From Octopus sinensis (Eukaryota): 64,000 bases of DNA. The translations under genes were made by a program, and so were the position numbers. This document shows, piece after piece, positions 39,468 through 53,216 of this stretch. The notes under the pieces were generated by a model. It was given only the letters and a program-made list of their open reading frames with translations, did no database searches and was not told the origin of the DNA. The stretch spans positions 4,898,001 to 4,962,000 of the forward strand of contig NC_043009.1 in assembly GCF_006345805.1 (NCBI RefSeq), written 5' to 3'. Within the stretch, counting starts at the first letter, position 1. Each line of letters opens with the position of its first letter.

Positions 39468-41347
39468 TGGTGAAAGGTAAGAATCTATAGAGTGTCGGGA
39501 TTAAATGGCTTATGGGTTTGTTAGTTCTCATCATTCTGGCTTCAAATCTCACTGACATCAAATTCGCTTTTTTCATTTCCAGGCAGATGGTTTAAAACAC
39601 CCACGTTGTGAATAGGTGACATATTTCGTGATTCAGCCGCAAAAAAGCGCTAACAAGCCACATAAATCATTATAAAATTACGTATTTAAATGGAGTCTTG
39701 CGTAAATTGAATAAATATTTCGATCGTATGAATATACAAGAAGATTGCGGCCAATTCTGAAGAAAGATAAGCTCTAGTTCAGAATGTTATATATTCGTTT
39801 CAAATCAACTCAGCTGATAGCTGGTAATTATAGCAGCATACAATCTCATGATTAATTGTGCAAGATGACTGCGATGTTATTTGTTCAAGACAAAAATTAA
39901 AGCAGGTAACTAAATAACACCGCAGTCAGTATTTAGTCAGTAATGTAATATTTCTCATAATGTATCATCTGTGACACACATCCCAAAACACAAGCCAACG
40001 GAAAGCCCTTATCCCTCAATGTGGTGGTATACCTTACAATGTAAGTGAAATTGACAAAAATAATGACCAAGAATTATCTTATAGAACACGCCACTACCTT
40101 AAAATGGAACACGTTGGATAGCATGATGCTAGGAACCATAACCTGCGTGTAGGAAAGCAGATGGATTGGACAGGGCAGGATTGTTTTGATGATATATTCG
40201 CTTCATAAAGTATAACTTGGGGCAAAATAAAAACAACCAAACCTAACGAGGAAGCCTACCCACAGTAGGACGACTTGTAAGAAAAAGTAGCCAAAATCAA
40301 TTATGTAATAAGATATCGTATTAATAAAGATACCTGGTACTGATGATCTGAACACGGTCGGAAATTAAGATAGTCACAGCTATAATATCTTATTTACTGG
40401 TCTGGTGTATGTGTTCGCTTGGGTCAAAGCAAAAGAACACACAAAAGAACAAGCAACGCTAACAAAGGAATTGTCAGTTGGTCATTGGATTTGCTAAAGG
40501 AAGCAGTCAAATCATTTCTACTTCTTTTAAAAGTAGAAACGTTTGAGAGTTATTGATATAAAAACAGGCCAGTTTGTCACGATTAAAAGCTCTTTAATTT
40601 CTGATCGTTATAATATGAAAACAATTTTAGCAATCATAAAAATGACATCGAGCCTGGGATGGAATCCCTAAGCGGTTAGTAGTCGTCGTAGAAATAGAAA
40701 CTAATTTTCCTCTCATTATATTTAATGTCCTAAAGAAAACAACGAACAGACACATTTAAATATTACCCTGGGGTATATTTTATCTGAAAAATACGATCTG
40801 ATCGTGTGGTTTTAGCTGGAACGGCTGGGATCATAGGTTGGCTTTTTTAGTGTTGACCTGCAGCTAAACGACAACGAGAAACAATAGGAATAGCAACAAA
40901 AACCATAGTGATTTTCATTTTTAATCAGTAGCCGAACACATCTATCTGCTTCATAATTCACTGACCAACAAATAATATATATTCGATATGACACCGCGAT
41001 TATTTTGCACACGTGCACACATACGCACTTTCAAATACACCGTACACAGCCACACACATACATGTAGAGATATACAACCACGTACAAGTAAAATATGCAT
41101 TTGCACAGACACAAATATTTCACACACACACACCAATACGTGCGTAGGTACGCATAGATTATGTGAGAAATCGACAGGTATAAAACATCAATCACGAACA
41201 GGTTTGTCACAATGGCATTTATGTTTTGTAGCACAAAAGGTGAGCTGAACCGTGAAGTCCATGATTTACACAGTCTCTAGTTTACAATAGCCAGAGTTAT
41301 ACATACATACATATATAGACACATACACACATACACACATGTACGCA

Positions 41348-41385
<38 letters not shown>

Positions 41386-42077
41386 CATATACACAAACAT
41401 ATATATATGTATATATATAAATGTATATATATATATTTATATACATATACATACACACACGTATACATATACATAATACGCAAGTACACACGCATGCGCG
41501 CACACATATATAAACATTTCCACATACAAATACATATGTGTGTGTGTGTGCGTGTCTGAGCGTGTGGGTATGTGTGAGTGAGTGAGTGAATGAGCGTGTG
41601 TGTATGTGTGTGTGTGTGCGTGCGCTTAGACCGAAATTCTTTTCCTCGAACGAAGTATCTATGAAATATGAAACATAAAACTATAAATAAAAATGTTCCA
41701 GCAGTAATAAAAAAAAAACAGATGACATATGTACAAATCAAAGTGGTTAGGTTACAGCCATACATATTCGAGGTATTGGAATGTAAGAGAACACTGCTTG
41801 TTGAAATTTGTATATGACCATAGATTAGTAAGGCGTGGTGGGCATTGTCACAGGAATCGATTCTTGTTTTATGATTGGTATTTATGTCATCGATTTAGGA
41901 GGAATGAAATATAGTATGATTCACGCTTGAGGCTTGAACAAAGATCGGAGGATGATGATACGAATTAATGAAAGCCAATTAGCATGTAGTTGTAGTTGTC
42001 GTGTCCTTGTAAGGAACAATTTTAGGGTTATAGTCATGCAACTGAGGCGGTATGTTTGTTCATAGGAGAGATTTCTA

Positions 42078-42124
<47 letters not shown>

Positions 42125-42199
42125 ACATACACGTACTCAACCAGGCGCGCCTGCATAACTTCACCTACGAGTGACTGCTGAAAAGTTCCTCGCTTAAAG

Positions 42200-42386
42200 T
42201 CAGATATCGCGAAATGCCTGTTTGGAGGCCCAACTTTCTGAGGCCTTTTACAGGTCTGACAAAAACTGAAAGACCACTGCATCGACTGTGTGAACCGGAG
42301 AGGAGAATATGTCCGATAAGATCATAATTAACTGATCCTCCTCTATTTTCTTTTACCCAAAGCAGGAAATTTTCAACACGCCTTCG
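42200..42386 (+). mobile_element. mariner 3'-terminal remnant
   Basis: QKLKDHCIDCVNRRGEYVR* resembles the mariner C-terminus (KL..RW.KCV...GEYV); ends aaattttcaacacgccttcg then TA. Confidence 0.55.
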
Positions 42387-42436
<50 letters not shown>

Positions 42437-43949
42437 TATATATATATGTATGTATATGCATACATATGTATACACACACATCCATGTAGGTGTGTATGTG
42501 TGTACTTTATTTTAATTTTACCTTCAAGTATATTACGCTTTCCTTCAAATTTTTTGGGTACTTCTCAAATTTTCTTTAATTATAAATATTATCAATCCTC
42601 TATAATTTTTTCATGCTAGTCGACTCTTCTTCAGAGTATTATTTTTCATCGAGATAAAGCTCGAAATTATAACAGCTAAAATATTAATTTGTAAAAAATT
42701 CAAACTTCTGTATAAAAGTAACTTTATATAAAATGCAAATGAGGTAGCAGAAAAGAAAGAGATCTATTTAAATAAAGTAGCTGTAAGGGATGTGAATGAT
42801 ACCCGTCATAAAGCAGTAGGGTTTCAGACAAGATGATGCCAGTCAAGTTTCGAGGAAAACTTTAAGTCCGCCGTACGGTAGTTTACACATATAAGCCTGA
42901 AATGTGTTTTAGAACGTCAAAAGTCCAGTTTGGTGATGCGATAGACGTTGTTAAGTAGAACCATGCGATGGCGGTTGAAATATCCTTTGTCCAGTCCTCA
43001 GGGCATCCACACTTGATGACCAGGGAAAAAGTGATATGAAAACAAGGAAAATAACAGTAAACTTTTACATAAAAAAATATAAAAAGCAATATAACAAAAC
43101 CGATAACTATTCTTATAACCTTTTCACTATTTTAGAAACATTTAAATGTTTTTCTCTATTGATTTCCAATGTAAATGTTCATTTTTAAATTTATTTAAAT
43201 AAAAATGAGAAATGTTTTATTTTTCATATGACAAATTAAGCAGTGATAAATATTTAATGATCTCTTACATTAATTTATAAAAAGTTTAATATAGTTCATT
43301 AATATTTCCTGATATAATTCCAAGTCCTAAAGTTGGTAGTAAGCAGTGTATTTATTTCATTATTGATGCATTGATTAATTGTTACTACTTCATATGAAAA
43401 TATACTTACAAAGCACCTTGTGACCTAACAATTAAAATGTATATCTTATTCTGAAAGCTGCAAGAAAAATGTATTATTTAATGAGCTTAAATAGGTTACT
43501 GTATGTTATATATGTAACAATAATCATTATTCTCAAAATGACTTGTCAATTCTATTAAATTCTAATGAAAAATGATGAGATCTTTTGCACTTAAACTTGT
43601 ACTGTAACCAAAATTTTTCTTCGTAGGAACAATCGGCCCTCAACATATAATTAATTGGATGAGCACACAAAATTTTTGTAAAATCGGAATATTTTAACTT
43701 GTTCCATATCTTTAAAAAAAGCAAACCATAAAAGCGTTCAGATGGAAACACATCGAAAGTGAAAATGGACTGAAATGAATCTGTTTGGAATTAGTGCAAT
43801 AATACCTTCATCACATCTCGTTTTAGTAAACTTTAGGCAATTTATTATATAACAATTTATGGTTTACAATAACCGTTCGAACTGATCTTCACCTTCTTCC
43901 GTGCAAATATTTGGACCCATAGGCTATATATTATATAACTATTTACGGG

Positions 43950-44640
43950 TTACAATAAGTGTTCTAACTGATTTCCAACTTCTAAACACTTCCTTACTCG
44001 GGAAACATGATCTTTGCACATTCCTGAGCATAGAGTTTTATGGTTTCAATTTCTTGTGTGATTTTATCATTTAGTGCTTGTAATGCTCTTGGTCTGTTAG
44101 CATAAACCATTGATTTAAGATGTTCCCATACGAAAAAAATGTAAAGAACTCAATTCCGGAGATCTTGGTGGCCATTCAACCGGTCCTCGACGCCCAGTCC
44201 ATTTTCTTGGAAATGTGTTATCCAAAAACTCCGCACATCTTTCGTACAACGTGGCGGAGCCTCATCCTCTTGAAACCATATATCTCTTCGAATTGCTAAT
44301 GGTACGTCATGTCATCTAGGAACAGTATAATGAATTTTTTTAATAAATGAATGTATGACTCACCCGTTGCCGTATTTGGGAAGAAATAAGGACTAATCAT
44401 CGTAGTTCCCCATATAGTCACCCACACCATAATCCTTGGACAGAATTGGACGTGCACATCCACAATCCACCGAGGACTTTTTATCGACCAATACCATGAA
44501 TTATGTGTGTTAACCGAACCGTTTAAGTAAAATGTTATTTCGTCACTGAATCGAACATGATTTTGCATCTGTATTTGTTCTACAAACCACAGACAATACT
44601 CTCTCTACACGACGATCCATATAATGTACATACAACTCAT
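43950..44640 (-). mobile_element. Tc1/mariner transposase relic, rosa (DD41D)-like
   Basis: FSDEITFYLNGSVNTHN, IMVWVTIWG, IWFQED, GPVEWPPRSPELSSLHFFVWEHLKSMVY, ending GNQLEHLL*. After correcting one frameshift there are 41 residues between the second D and the expected third D position. Confidence 0.8.
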
Positions 44641-44792
44641 GTACTAATTACACTTTAAATGGATGAAAATGCTTGCGAGACAAAATGCGACCAACGAAAC
44701 GCCTAGATACATTCGTTTCTTGTGGTACTTTTCTAAATTACCTTCCTGGGCTTCCTTCCAAATGTCTGCATGTGTTTCAGAATCAGTTGCAG

Positions 44793-44910
44793 TTCTTCTT
44801 CTTCTTCTTCTTCTTCTTCTTCTTCTTCTTCTTCTTCTTCTTCTTCTTCTTCTTTTCTTCTTCTTCTTCTTCTCTCTTCTTCTTCTTCTTCTTCTTCTTC
44901 TTCTTCTTCT

Positions 44911-44945
<35 letters not shown>

Positions 44946-44955
44946 TTCTTCTTCT
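44793..44955. repeat. (TTC)n array of about 160 bp
   Basis: Nearly pure TTC with a few interruptions. Confidence 0.95.
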
Positions 44956-45440
44956 CCCGCTGCGGGGCCAGTTATGGGCGCTTCCTGTTGCTTTAAAACG
45001 AATAAAAGTTTAGCTGACAGTTCTTTGTGTAATTGGTTGCCTAGTCGGGTACTTAGCATTAAAAATACCTGCGACTGAGCGCGAGCTGGTGCTATCCTTC
45101 GCATACAGAAGTACACGTTCTGGTCTTTCTGAAATTGTTAGCTTTTCTGCCATGGCTACCGATATGAAAGACAAAAATAAATATATAACTAACTAAATAA
45201 ATTTAGATATGATAAATAAATGATGAAAATCATGTTAAAGATAAGAAATTCTTTTTTGTAATTTCTCTATGGTTCCAGACATTTGCACCTATCTGTATAA
45301 AGACGCATTGTTTTAAATTCAAGAGTCATGGATAAATTTGAGAGGTTTTAACGTAAACGGTATATATAAAGATGCATGGTTGTAAATTCGAGAGTTTCCA
45401 ACTTCAAAGGTCTACATATATATAATATATATATATATAT

Positions 45441-45501
<61 letters not shown>

Positions 45502-45504
45502 TAT

Positions 45505-45783
45505 GTCACCGAGACTGACCAGGCTATCAGATGTTGCTACATATCGCTGGTCACAATGCGCTTCGCATTGTTTTAGCCTTCAAATGACGCCAGCCCACTG
45601 GCTAAGCGAGCAGGCCAACAGAAGAAAGTGTGAGAGAAAATTGTGGCGAAAGAACACAGCAGGGATCGCCACCCCTCCTGCCGGAGCCTCGTCGAGCTTT
45701 AGGTGTTTTCGCTCAATAAACACTCACAACGCCCGGTCTGGGAATCGAAACCGCGATACTACAACCGCGAGTCCGCTGCCCTA
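45505..45783 (-). mobile_element. tRNA-derived SINE (family D variant)
   Basis: Shares gccggagcctcg...cgctcaataaacactcacaacgcccggtctgggaatcgaaaccgcg with 21020-21120; the tail differs. Confidence 0.8.
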
Positions 45784-46189
45784 ATCAAGTATATATATAT
45801 ATATATATACTTGTTAGAAATAATGCTATAATATTTCAATCTGTAAACCGTGAAATTCCGTAGTTCTTATAGCAATTACCTCTCCTCAGACTCTATTTAG
45901 AAGCATAGAATAAATGCATGAATGCCTGTGTAACTGGTTATGATGTGTTACTTTATGGATAAATGTCACTTAGTGGAGTGTTTTAGTAGTCAGAATTTTT
46001 GCATTTTTCTCGTGTAGGAATACACACACACATATACATACACGAACATGTATAACATGTTTATTATACTCTCAAACGAAAACGTTAGGGCAACATCTTA
46101 CCGCCGGAGGGGAAGTAAAATCTGCATGGAAGATTGATTAACACGTCTATTAATACATCAACCCCCTGCAATGGGATAATGTAATGATA

Positions 46190-46194
46190 AAATG

Positions 46195-46225
<31 letters not shown>

Positions 46226-46659
46226 TATTATATTATTATTATATTATTATCATTATTATTATTATATTATTATTATATCATTATTATATTATCATTATTA
46301 TTATTATCATTATTATTATATTATTATTATTATTATTATTATATTATTATATTATTATTATTAATATTATTATTATTATTGTTTTTATTATTATTGTCAT
46401 CATAAGACGCTGTGTAGAATGTTTAGAATAAATAAATTTCACTAACCCAAGTAAATGGTTAGTATTTATTTTCGTTGCCATAAATGAAGGAATAGCAACG
46501 TCAAATTTTGGAAACTATGAGAAAACTATAGAAAAAATACAACAGATAAAATAGAATGAGGAAAAGAGTAAAATAATGTTATAAACATACTTACCTACCA
46601 ACCTATCTACCTACTTACATACATACATACATGCATACATACATACAAACGTACTTGTA

Positions 46660-46716
<57 letters not shown>

Positions 46717-46820
46717 ATATACATATATACATACATGCATACATACATACATACATACATACATACATACATACATACATACATACATACATACATACAT
46801 ACATACATACACATATATAT
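46190..46820. repeat. (ATT)n, (TA)n and (CATA)n microsatellites
   Basis: Arrays at about 46190-46400 and 46600-46820. Confidence 0.9.
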
Positions 46821-47394
46821 GAATGTATTTGTGTGTGTAGTTTATAAAGAAACAGAACATGTCAAAATATACTATGTGAAATGTTTACTGAAAGTGTCGA
46901 CTCTAGATATATAATCCATTTGATGCCACGATCAATTCTACTTATCAGAGGTATCATGTTTCTTAAAGATCTTGACACTTTAATCCTAATCATTTCATTC
47001 ATTTCAACTTGAAAAATAGAAAGCAACTGACACCATTTTCTATTCTTTTATCCCTATTAAATTCTGGTATTCTTTCTTCATTCGCTTTCTTTTAATCTTT
47101 AGAACCGACAAAAAAATGTAATAATTAAAGAAAATATAACCAACGCTAAGGCCTTGCCAGGTCGCTCCAGAGATTATCGTTCCGAATCACTGCAACAAAA
47201 GTTCGAATTCAACTATTAGACTGCTAGTTGTCTCTGAATTTTATGTTAGTCAAATGCCTGAAGTTTAGAAGTATTTATGTGGAGGCTGCTTTTGAAAATA
47301 TTGTAGCTTGACAGTAGTAGTGTTTTATGTACTGAACAATTTCAGTGGTACTCATTGCTCCTGATAGAATACGCATCCTGTGTAATATCTTCTA

Positions 47395-47622
47395 TCTTTT
47401 ATCTTTAACTTGGTTCAGTCATTAGACAGCGGCTATGCTGGGTTAGAGTCTTGAAGAATTTCTAATCGAGTGAATTGACCCCAATACTTATTTTTTTAAA
47501 TCCTGGTACTTGTCCTATTACTCCTTTTGCCGAACTGCTAATTTACGGTGACATAAGCACACCAACGCCGGTTATCAAGAGTTAGTAGGGGTCAAATACA
47601 GAAGGCATACACACACACGTGC

Positions 47623-47682
<60 letters not shown>

Positions 47683-47815
47683 CGGAGTCTTTCAGATTCC
47701 ATCATCTATCAAGAATACTCACAAGGATTTGGGTAGCCGAAGACATTTGTCTAAGATGCCACGCAGTGGGACTGAATCCAGGACAATGTTGTTGATCAGG
47801 AAGCTTACCACGCAA
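47395..47815 (-). mobile_element. SINE family A, degenerate
   Basis: ggttcagtcattagacagcgg tail, internal TA tract, acgcagtgggactgaatcc B box. Confidence 0.7.
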
Positions 47816-50800
47816 CAACGGCTCAACATTCAGAAGTAAACTGTCATCTCATTCCTCCACGGGATACCAACGATGGTGAAATTGTTGAGGCAAATCATGT
47901 CTAGAAAATAGCTGAGCATATAGTCCCGATGGACTTCCGGCTGAAAAACTTAAATGTAATTCACATAGCCTCAGCGACAAAGCTGGGTAATCTGATTATA
48001 AAATCATGCAAGCCTGTGGAAATTATGTTGAAAACTCGATTCTGTATACAAAGGGTAAACATTCCTTCAGACGATCATGGTATATTACTTCCAGTAATTC
48101 CATGACTAGAAATGTATAGTTCATGCGAGGTCGTAAACGTAGCAATAACTTATTTACAAAACCTTTTGGAGCTGTCGGAAGGTCCCGCTTATAGTAACTA
48201 TTACAAACATAACATTTTCTAATGAAGACCACATCCACTGAAAATAGGCAATGCACACATCTAATATATATGCCGTAAGAAATGTTGCTAAAAAGGAATG
48301 TGTAGTATCACCTTGTCCATCTCGCAGACGTAAATGCAATGAACCTGTCATTGTACTGGGCCATTGTCGTCCTGTAATCATCGATTATATTTTGTTCATA
48401 GTTTTGAGATTTGAGATGAACGAGAATAGAAATCGCAAAGTCGGTTTAATTTACGTCTTAATGCTTGAAGATTAAAGCCCGATGAGATATTTTGCAACGC
48501 CAAGTAATGCGAGAAAATAGAGGTTTTGTATTCCATATATATAAAACCATCTGCTGCTATATTATATATGAAATGTAATATTAAAATAGCAAGCTAGAGA
48601 ACTATTAAGTCTCAATGGATTAATTTAATTGAGTTAAAATCAATATCTTTGAGGGAAAAAAAAATCCAATATTCAAAATTTCTAATCTACTGAAAGCGTT
48701 GAACTAAATTTTAAATCTAGTTGAAGCCATTATTTCCTGTTTGACAAAAGCGAAAATTTCATATTTAAAGAGAAATCTTAGATGTATTTTCATTTAGATT
48801 TTGCCTTGTTATCGGTAAATATACGTAAGCAAATTTCTCTTCTAATATATAGAGATTCGAAGAGATATGTAATTTAATAAGTATTAGCAGTCTGTGCAGA
48901 CTTTCTGTTTCTTTTGTAGAACGCACACATTGATATAATATTAATATTATACATATTGTAAACAATAATAACTATTAAGAGACACCCTGCTTTTACGGTT
49001 CCGGTCTGGAGAATATATATCCTTATCTCTCAACAGCTAATTTGCATATCCGTTGTACGTTTCTACAGCCAAACCTATACGGCTACTTCGTCTTCGACAC
49101 ACCATTATACACCTAACATGTTAATGCTGTCAACACTAATAAACAGCACTTATTTTCGTAAGGATTTTTATTACTAACTCACTCCACATATGTATAAAAA
49201 TTCGAGACAAGATTGATATTAAATTTTAGAATCATTATTCCTATAACCTTATCGTTATATACACAGATTAACTAAACCAAGGGCGTTTAAGAATATGACA
49301 CTTTTATCAATCGTTTTAGTTCATTCAGCTAATGAGACAATGCGTCTGTTACGCCAATCTCTTTCCACCACTGATTTAAATGTATATTGTGCATATCTTG
49401 GTTTATTTGATAGGAGTGGATACGTGTTAGCGATTAATTAAATAAATAGGTCAAAAATAATATATCAACCTTAATTCTGTCGAAATGAAAGGACACATCA
49501 TATTGAAGATTCCTAGATACAGTATGTCCGAAAATAAGATAGAATGGTCAGTCGTAGATCGGTGGAAATTGCAATTCGATCAGTGAAACCATTAAAATCC
49601 TTAACACAGAAATGAACATGAACGGTGCATTCCCCTACAAAAATGTTGTATAGTAAACAAAAGATGTTAGCTGTATTGTCAAAAGTATAGACACTACCAA
49701 GGCAAAATTATGATATTAAAATTTCACAGACAAAACTGATGCATTTTTATAATGATAGATCGAAAATCCTGGCGGAGATTTGAACCTATGGATCATCGAT
49801 ATAACCACAAGAGACAAATGTTGCAATTATTAAAAAACATTTGCCAACCATAAGCAGGGCATGGTACGTTGGGGAAAATAGCCCTAAATACACGAGATCT
49901 GAAAATTGATGTCCGCAACAGTATAATTTATGATCGTATGTCTACTCGATTAGGTTTGATATAATTTAATGGCCAAGAGCTACCGAAATCAGTCTTCCTC
50001 AAATGACAACCGAACTTTAAGTAGACATCATATGGTGTTACATAATATGATTCTGGGTTCTAACCACATTGGTGTCGTGAGAAATAGTAAAGTCTGGAAA
50101 GTGTTTTTATGAAATTGTTGTATTTAGAAATGGTCATTTTGCCAGTTTAGCCAATAAAAACACACGCACTATATATTTGGTGTTACTTTGCTGCAGCGTT
50201 ATTTATTTTTTACATTAATCTTAATCTTATTTCGGCCAGAGTTCTTTCGTCACACTCGTTTGACCGCATCAGTGGTCCTCTGTTTTCTTCTTTCTTATTT
50301 GTGTGTTTCTCCTTACTAACCGTCTGCCATTCTTTTGAAATGTTTGTGTGAATCTGGTTTGACGACAGAAGCAACAAGAGCAGTAACAACAATGCCAGCA
50401 ACAATACAAAAGTGTTGAATGGGTTTATAGTTATAAGCTGCAGGACACAAAATGTGAAGAAAGCCGTTAAATGTTTTGCTATAAAACTGTACACGTAGAA
50501 ATCATGCTACAAATGAAGAGAATGAATTCCCGTTTACGCTGCGCAAACAAAGCATAATGGAATAGTTTAAGGAAGAAGAGATACTGCCAAATGTAGCAGC
50601 AACAGTTTCTCAGAAACATTTCAGAGAGAGATATCTTATCAATTCTCTTTTGTACAGGTACAATTTAAAGCCTGTAGTAAATACTAACACACACTCAGAC
50701 AACAGCATTTACTGTTTCTGAGTTTATACGATATATATTTTTTTTTTTTCACTGTGGAAACGATGTTAAAAATTTAAAGTACGTTCTAAAATTTTATTTC

Positions 50801-50999
50801 TTTCTTTAGATACGACATTCTCTAAATATATGTTTGTTATTTCATTTCTCTTCACTTAAGTGTTGCATCTTAAAAGATCTACAACTATCTATTATTCACG
50901 TTAAAGCACTTAATTCCGAATGATTCAGTTAAGAAATCGATCCAAATTTATTTCTACTGCTTCTGCTGTTGTTGTTGTCACTATTATTATTGACGTTTT

Positions 51000-51024
51000 C
51001 AATATTATTATTATTATTATTATT

Positions 51025-51068
<44 letters not shown>

Positions 51069-51595
51069 TATTATTATTATTATTATTATCATTATCATTG
51101 TTATTATTATTATTATTATTATCGTTGTTGTTATTGGTGTGTTTCTTTACTTAATGGTTAATGGTGTCAAGTTATGTGTTCAACAGCTTTTACTTAATGC
51201 CTGAGGCTAATCTGCTGACCCAAAAATGATGTTTTACCAGTACTTGTGTAGTTAAACTTTCCACTAGACTTTATCCATCGATATAAATTTCACACATATA
51301 GACATATATATATATATTCACACTTGCACGTGCACACACACATACACACACGTATGTGTGCAAATATACACGCACATACGTATGCGTACAAACACACACG
51401 TATATACATACAAATATTTATAAGTATATATTTATATATACATATTTATATACATATATATACAGATATACAAACACACATACACTCACACACATATACA
51501 TATACTATATATATATATATGAGTGTGTGTATGTGCATTTGTGTGCGCGTGTAAGAGTATCAGTATATCAGTATATATATATGTATATGTATATG

Positions 51596-51642
<47 letters not shown>

Positions 51643-51660
51643 GTATATGTATGTATATAT

Positions 51661-51719
<59 letters not shown>

Positions 51720-51768
51720 TATATATGTATATACATATATATATATACATATATATATACTGAAATAC

Positions 51769-51829
<61 letters not shown>

Positions 51830-51850
51830 ATGTATTTGTGTGTCTACGTG
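51000..51850. repeat. (ATT)/(ATC) and (TA)/(CA)/(TG) microsatellite cluster
   Basis: Direct arrays. Confidence 0.9.
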
Positions 51851-52310
51851 TGTCTGTGCGCCTCTGTTAGAATGAATTTTTTAGCATGTCAGTCTGTATG
51901 TGTGGATATATACAAATCTAATCTTAACGTTTCTATTACGTCACCACTTACAAATGTATTGTAATGCGTTTAGTAACAAAATGTTTGTTATTTCAGTGTC
52001 ATTTTTAACTGATAGGAATTTCCTTGAAATATTCCCCCCCATCTAATTGGCTTGTTGGGTGGTTCTCTCCTATTAAGTTTTATTTTTACAACACTCAATC
52101 ATACAGTTAAAAATAAGACAAGATTATAGACACATTAATATAGACACGTACAAGCACTCAAATCTCTCCATCTCTCTTTCTGTCACCCTCTTTCTCCTTC
52201 CTTTCTCTCTCTCTTTGTATATATATATATATGTGTGTGTGTGTGTATATAAACGCACGTGCATACAAGCATACGTATATAGATACATATGCATTTATAT
52301 ACATACATAT

Positions 52311-52350
<40 letters not shown>

Positions 52351-52503
52351 TATATATAATATATATATACATATATACATATATATGTGTGTGTGTATGT
52401 GTGTGTATATATATATATAGATAGATAGATATAGATGTATAAGATTCTCAACAGAGATTTATGCAGAGGCATAAGCATACATATAAAGAGAAATATGTAT
52501 ATG

Positions 52504-52551
<48 letters not shown>

Positions 52552-52803
52552 CATATAGATACCTAACGATATATCACAGAAAGTAAAATGTTCACCCTTT
52601 ACAATGCAAATATTTTGCACAGTAGGAGCTCATCTTATAATTACAGTCTATGTCATCATACGAGGTTTTGTTACAATATTAGTAAGTTTAAAACTCTTTA
52701 GATTTTATAGATTAAATGTTATCTGCTTAATGGAATCTAATCTCCGCTTATTATTATCAAAAATTTCAAATAAACACCCATGCAAATAATAATAATAATA
52801 ATG

Positions 52804-52834
<31 letters not shown>

Positions 52835-52859
52835 TAATAATGATAATAATAATAATAAT

Positions 52860-53216
52860 TTCTGCGAGTTTATTGCAATAAATCTCTGCTGTAATGCACT
52901 GATTAGCTTCCAGGAATCTGCAATGGACAACACCAATTGCAGAGCACCAGACAGTTACCATAATCTTTTGCTGATGCAAATTTGGCTTTGGGAAATATTT
53001 GGGAAACTCATCACGATCATGCCATTGACCAGATCGTATACAGTTATCATAAAAGGATCCACTTTTCGTCACAAGTGACTATTCGCTAAAGAAAAGGATC
53101 GTTGGCTGTTCGCAGAAACAGCAACGACACACTTTAAAACGCCAAATATGCATCACTCTGCATACTTTAGCTTCGTTACTATGGCAAGAGTCCGGACACT
53201 TATTGATCAGACCTCG
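52860..53216 (-). mobile_element. mariner relic: TIR plus Hsmar1/cecropia-like catalytic fragment
   Basis: RIVTCDEKWILYDNCIRSGQWHDRDEFPKYFPKPNLHQQKIMVTVWCSAIG; terminal cgaggtctgatcaataagtgtccggac with TA at 53217-53218. Confidence 0.8.

Noticed and set aside
40000-40280. Possible RTE LINE 3' end (EEAYPQ-like motif)
   Set aside because: Too degraded; one short motif is not enough to call.
41720-42030. Possible Penelope-like fragment on the minus strand
   Set aside because: Only a vague resemblance; no RT or GIY-YIG motif could be read.
48023-48475. Short overlapping ORFs with possible splice sites
   Set aside because: Weak signals on both strands and no recognisable protein.
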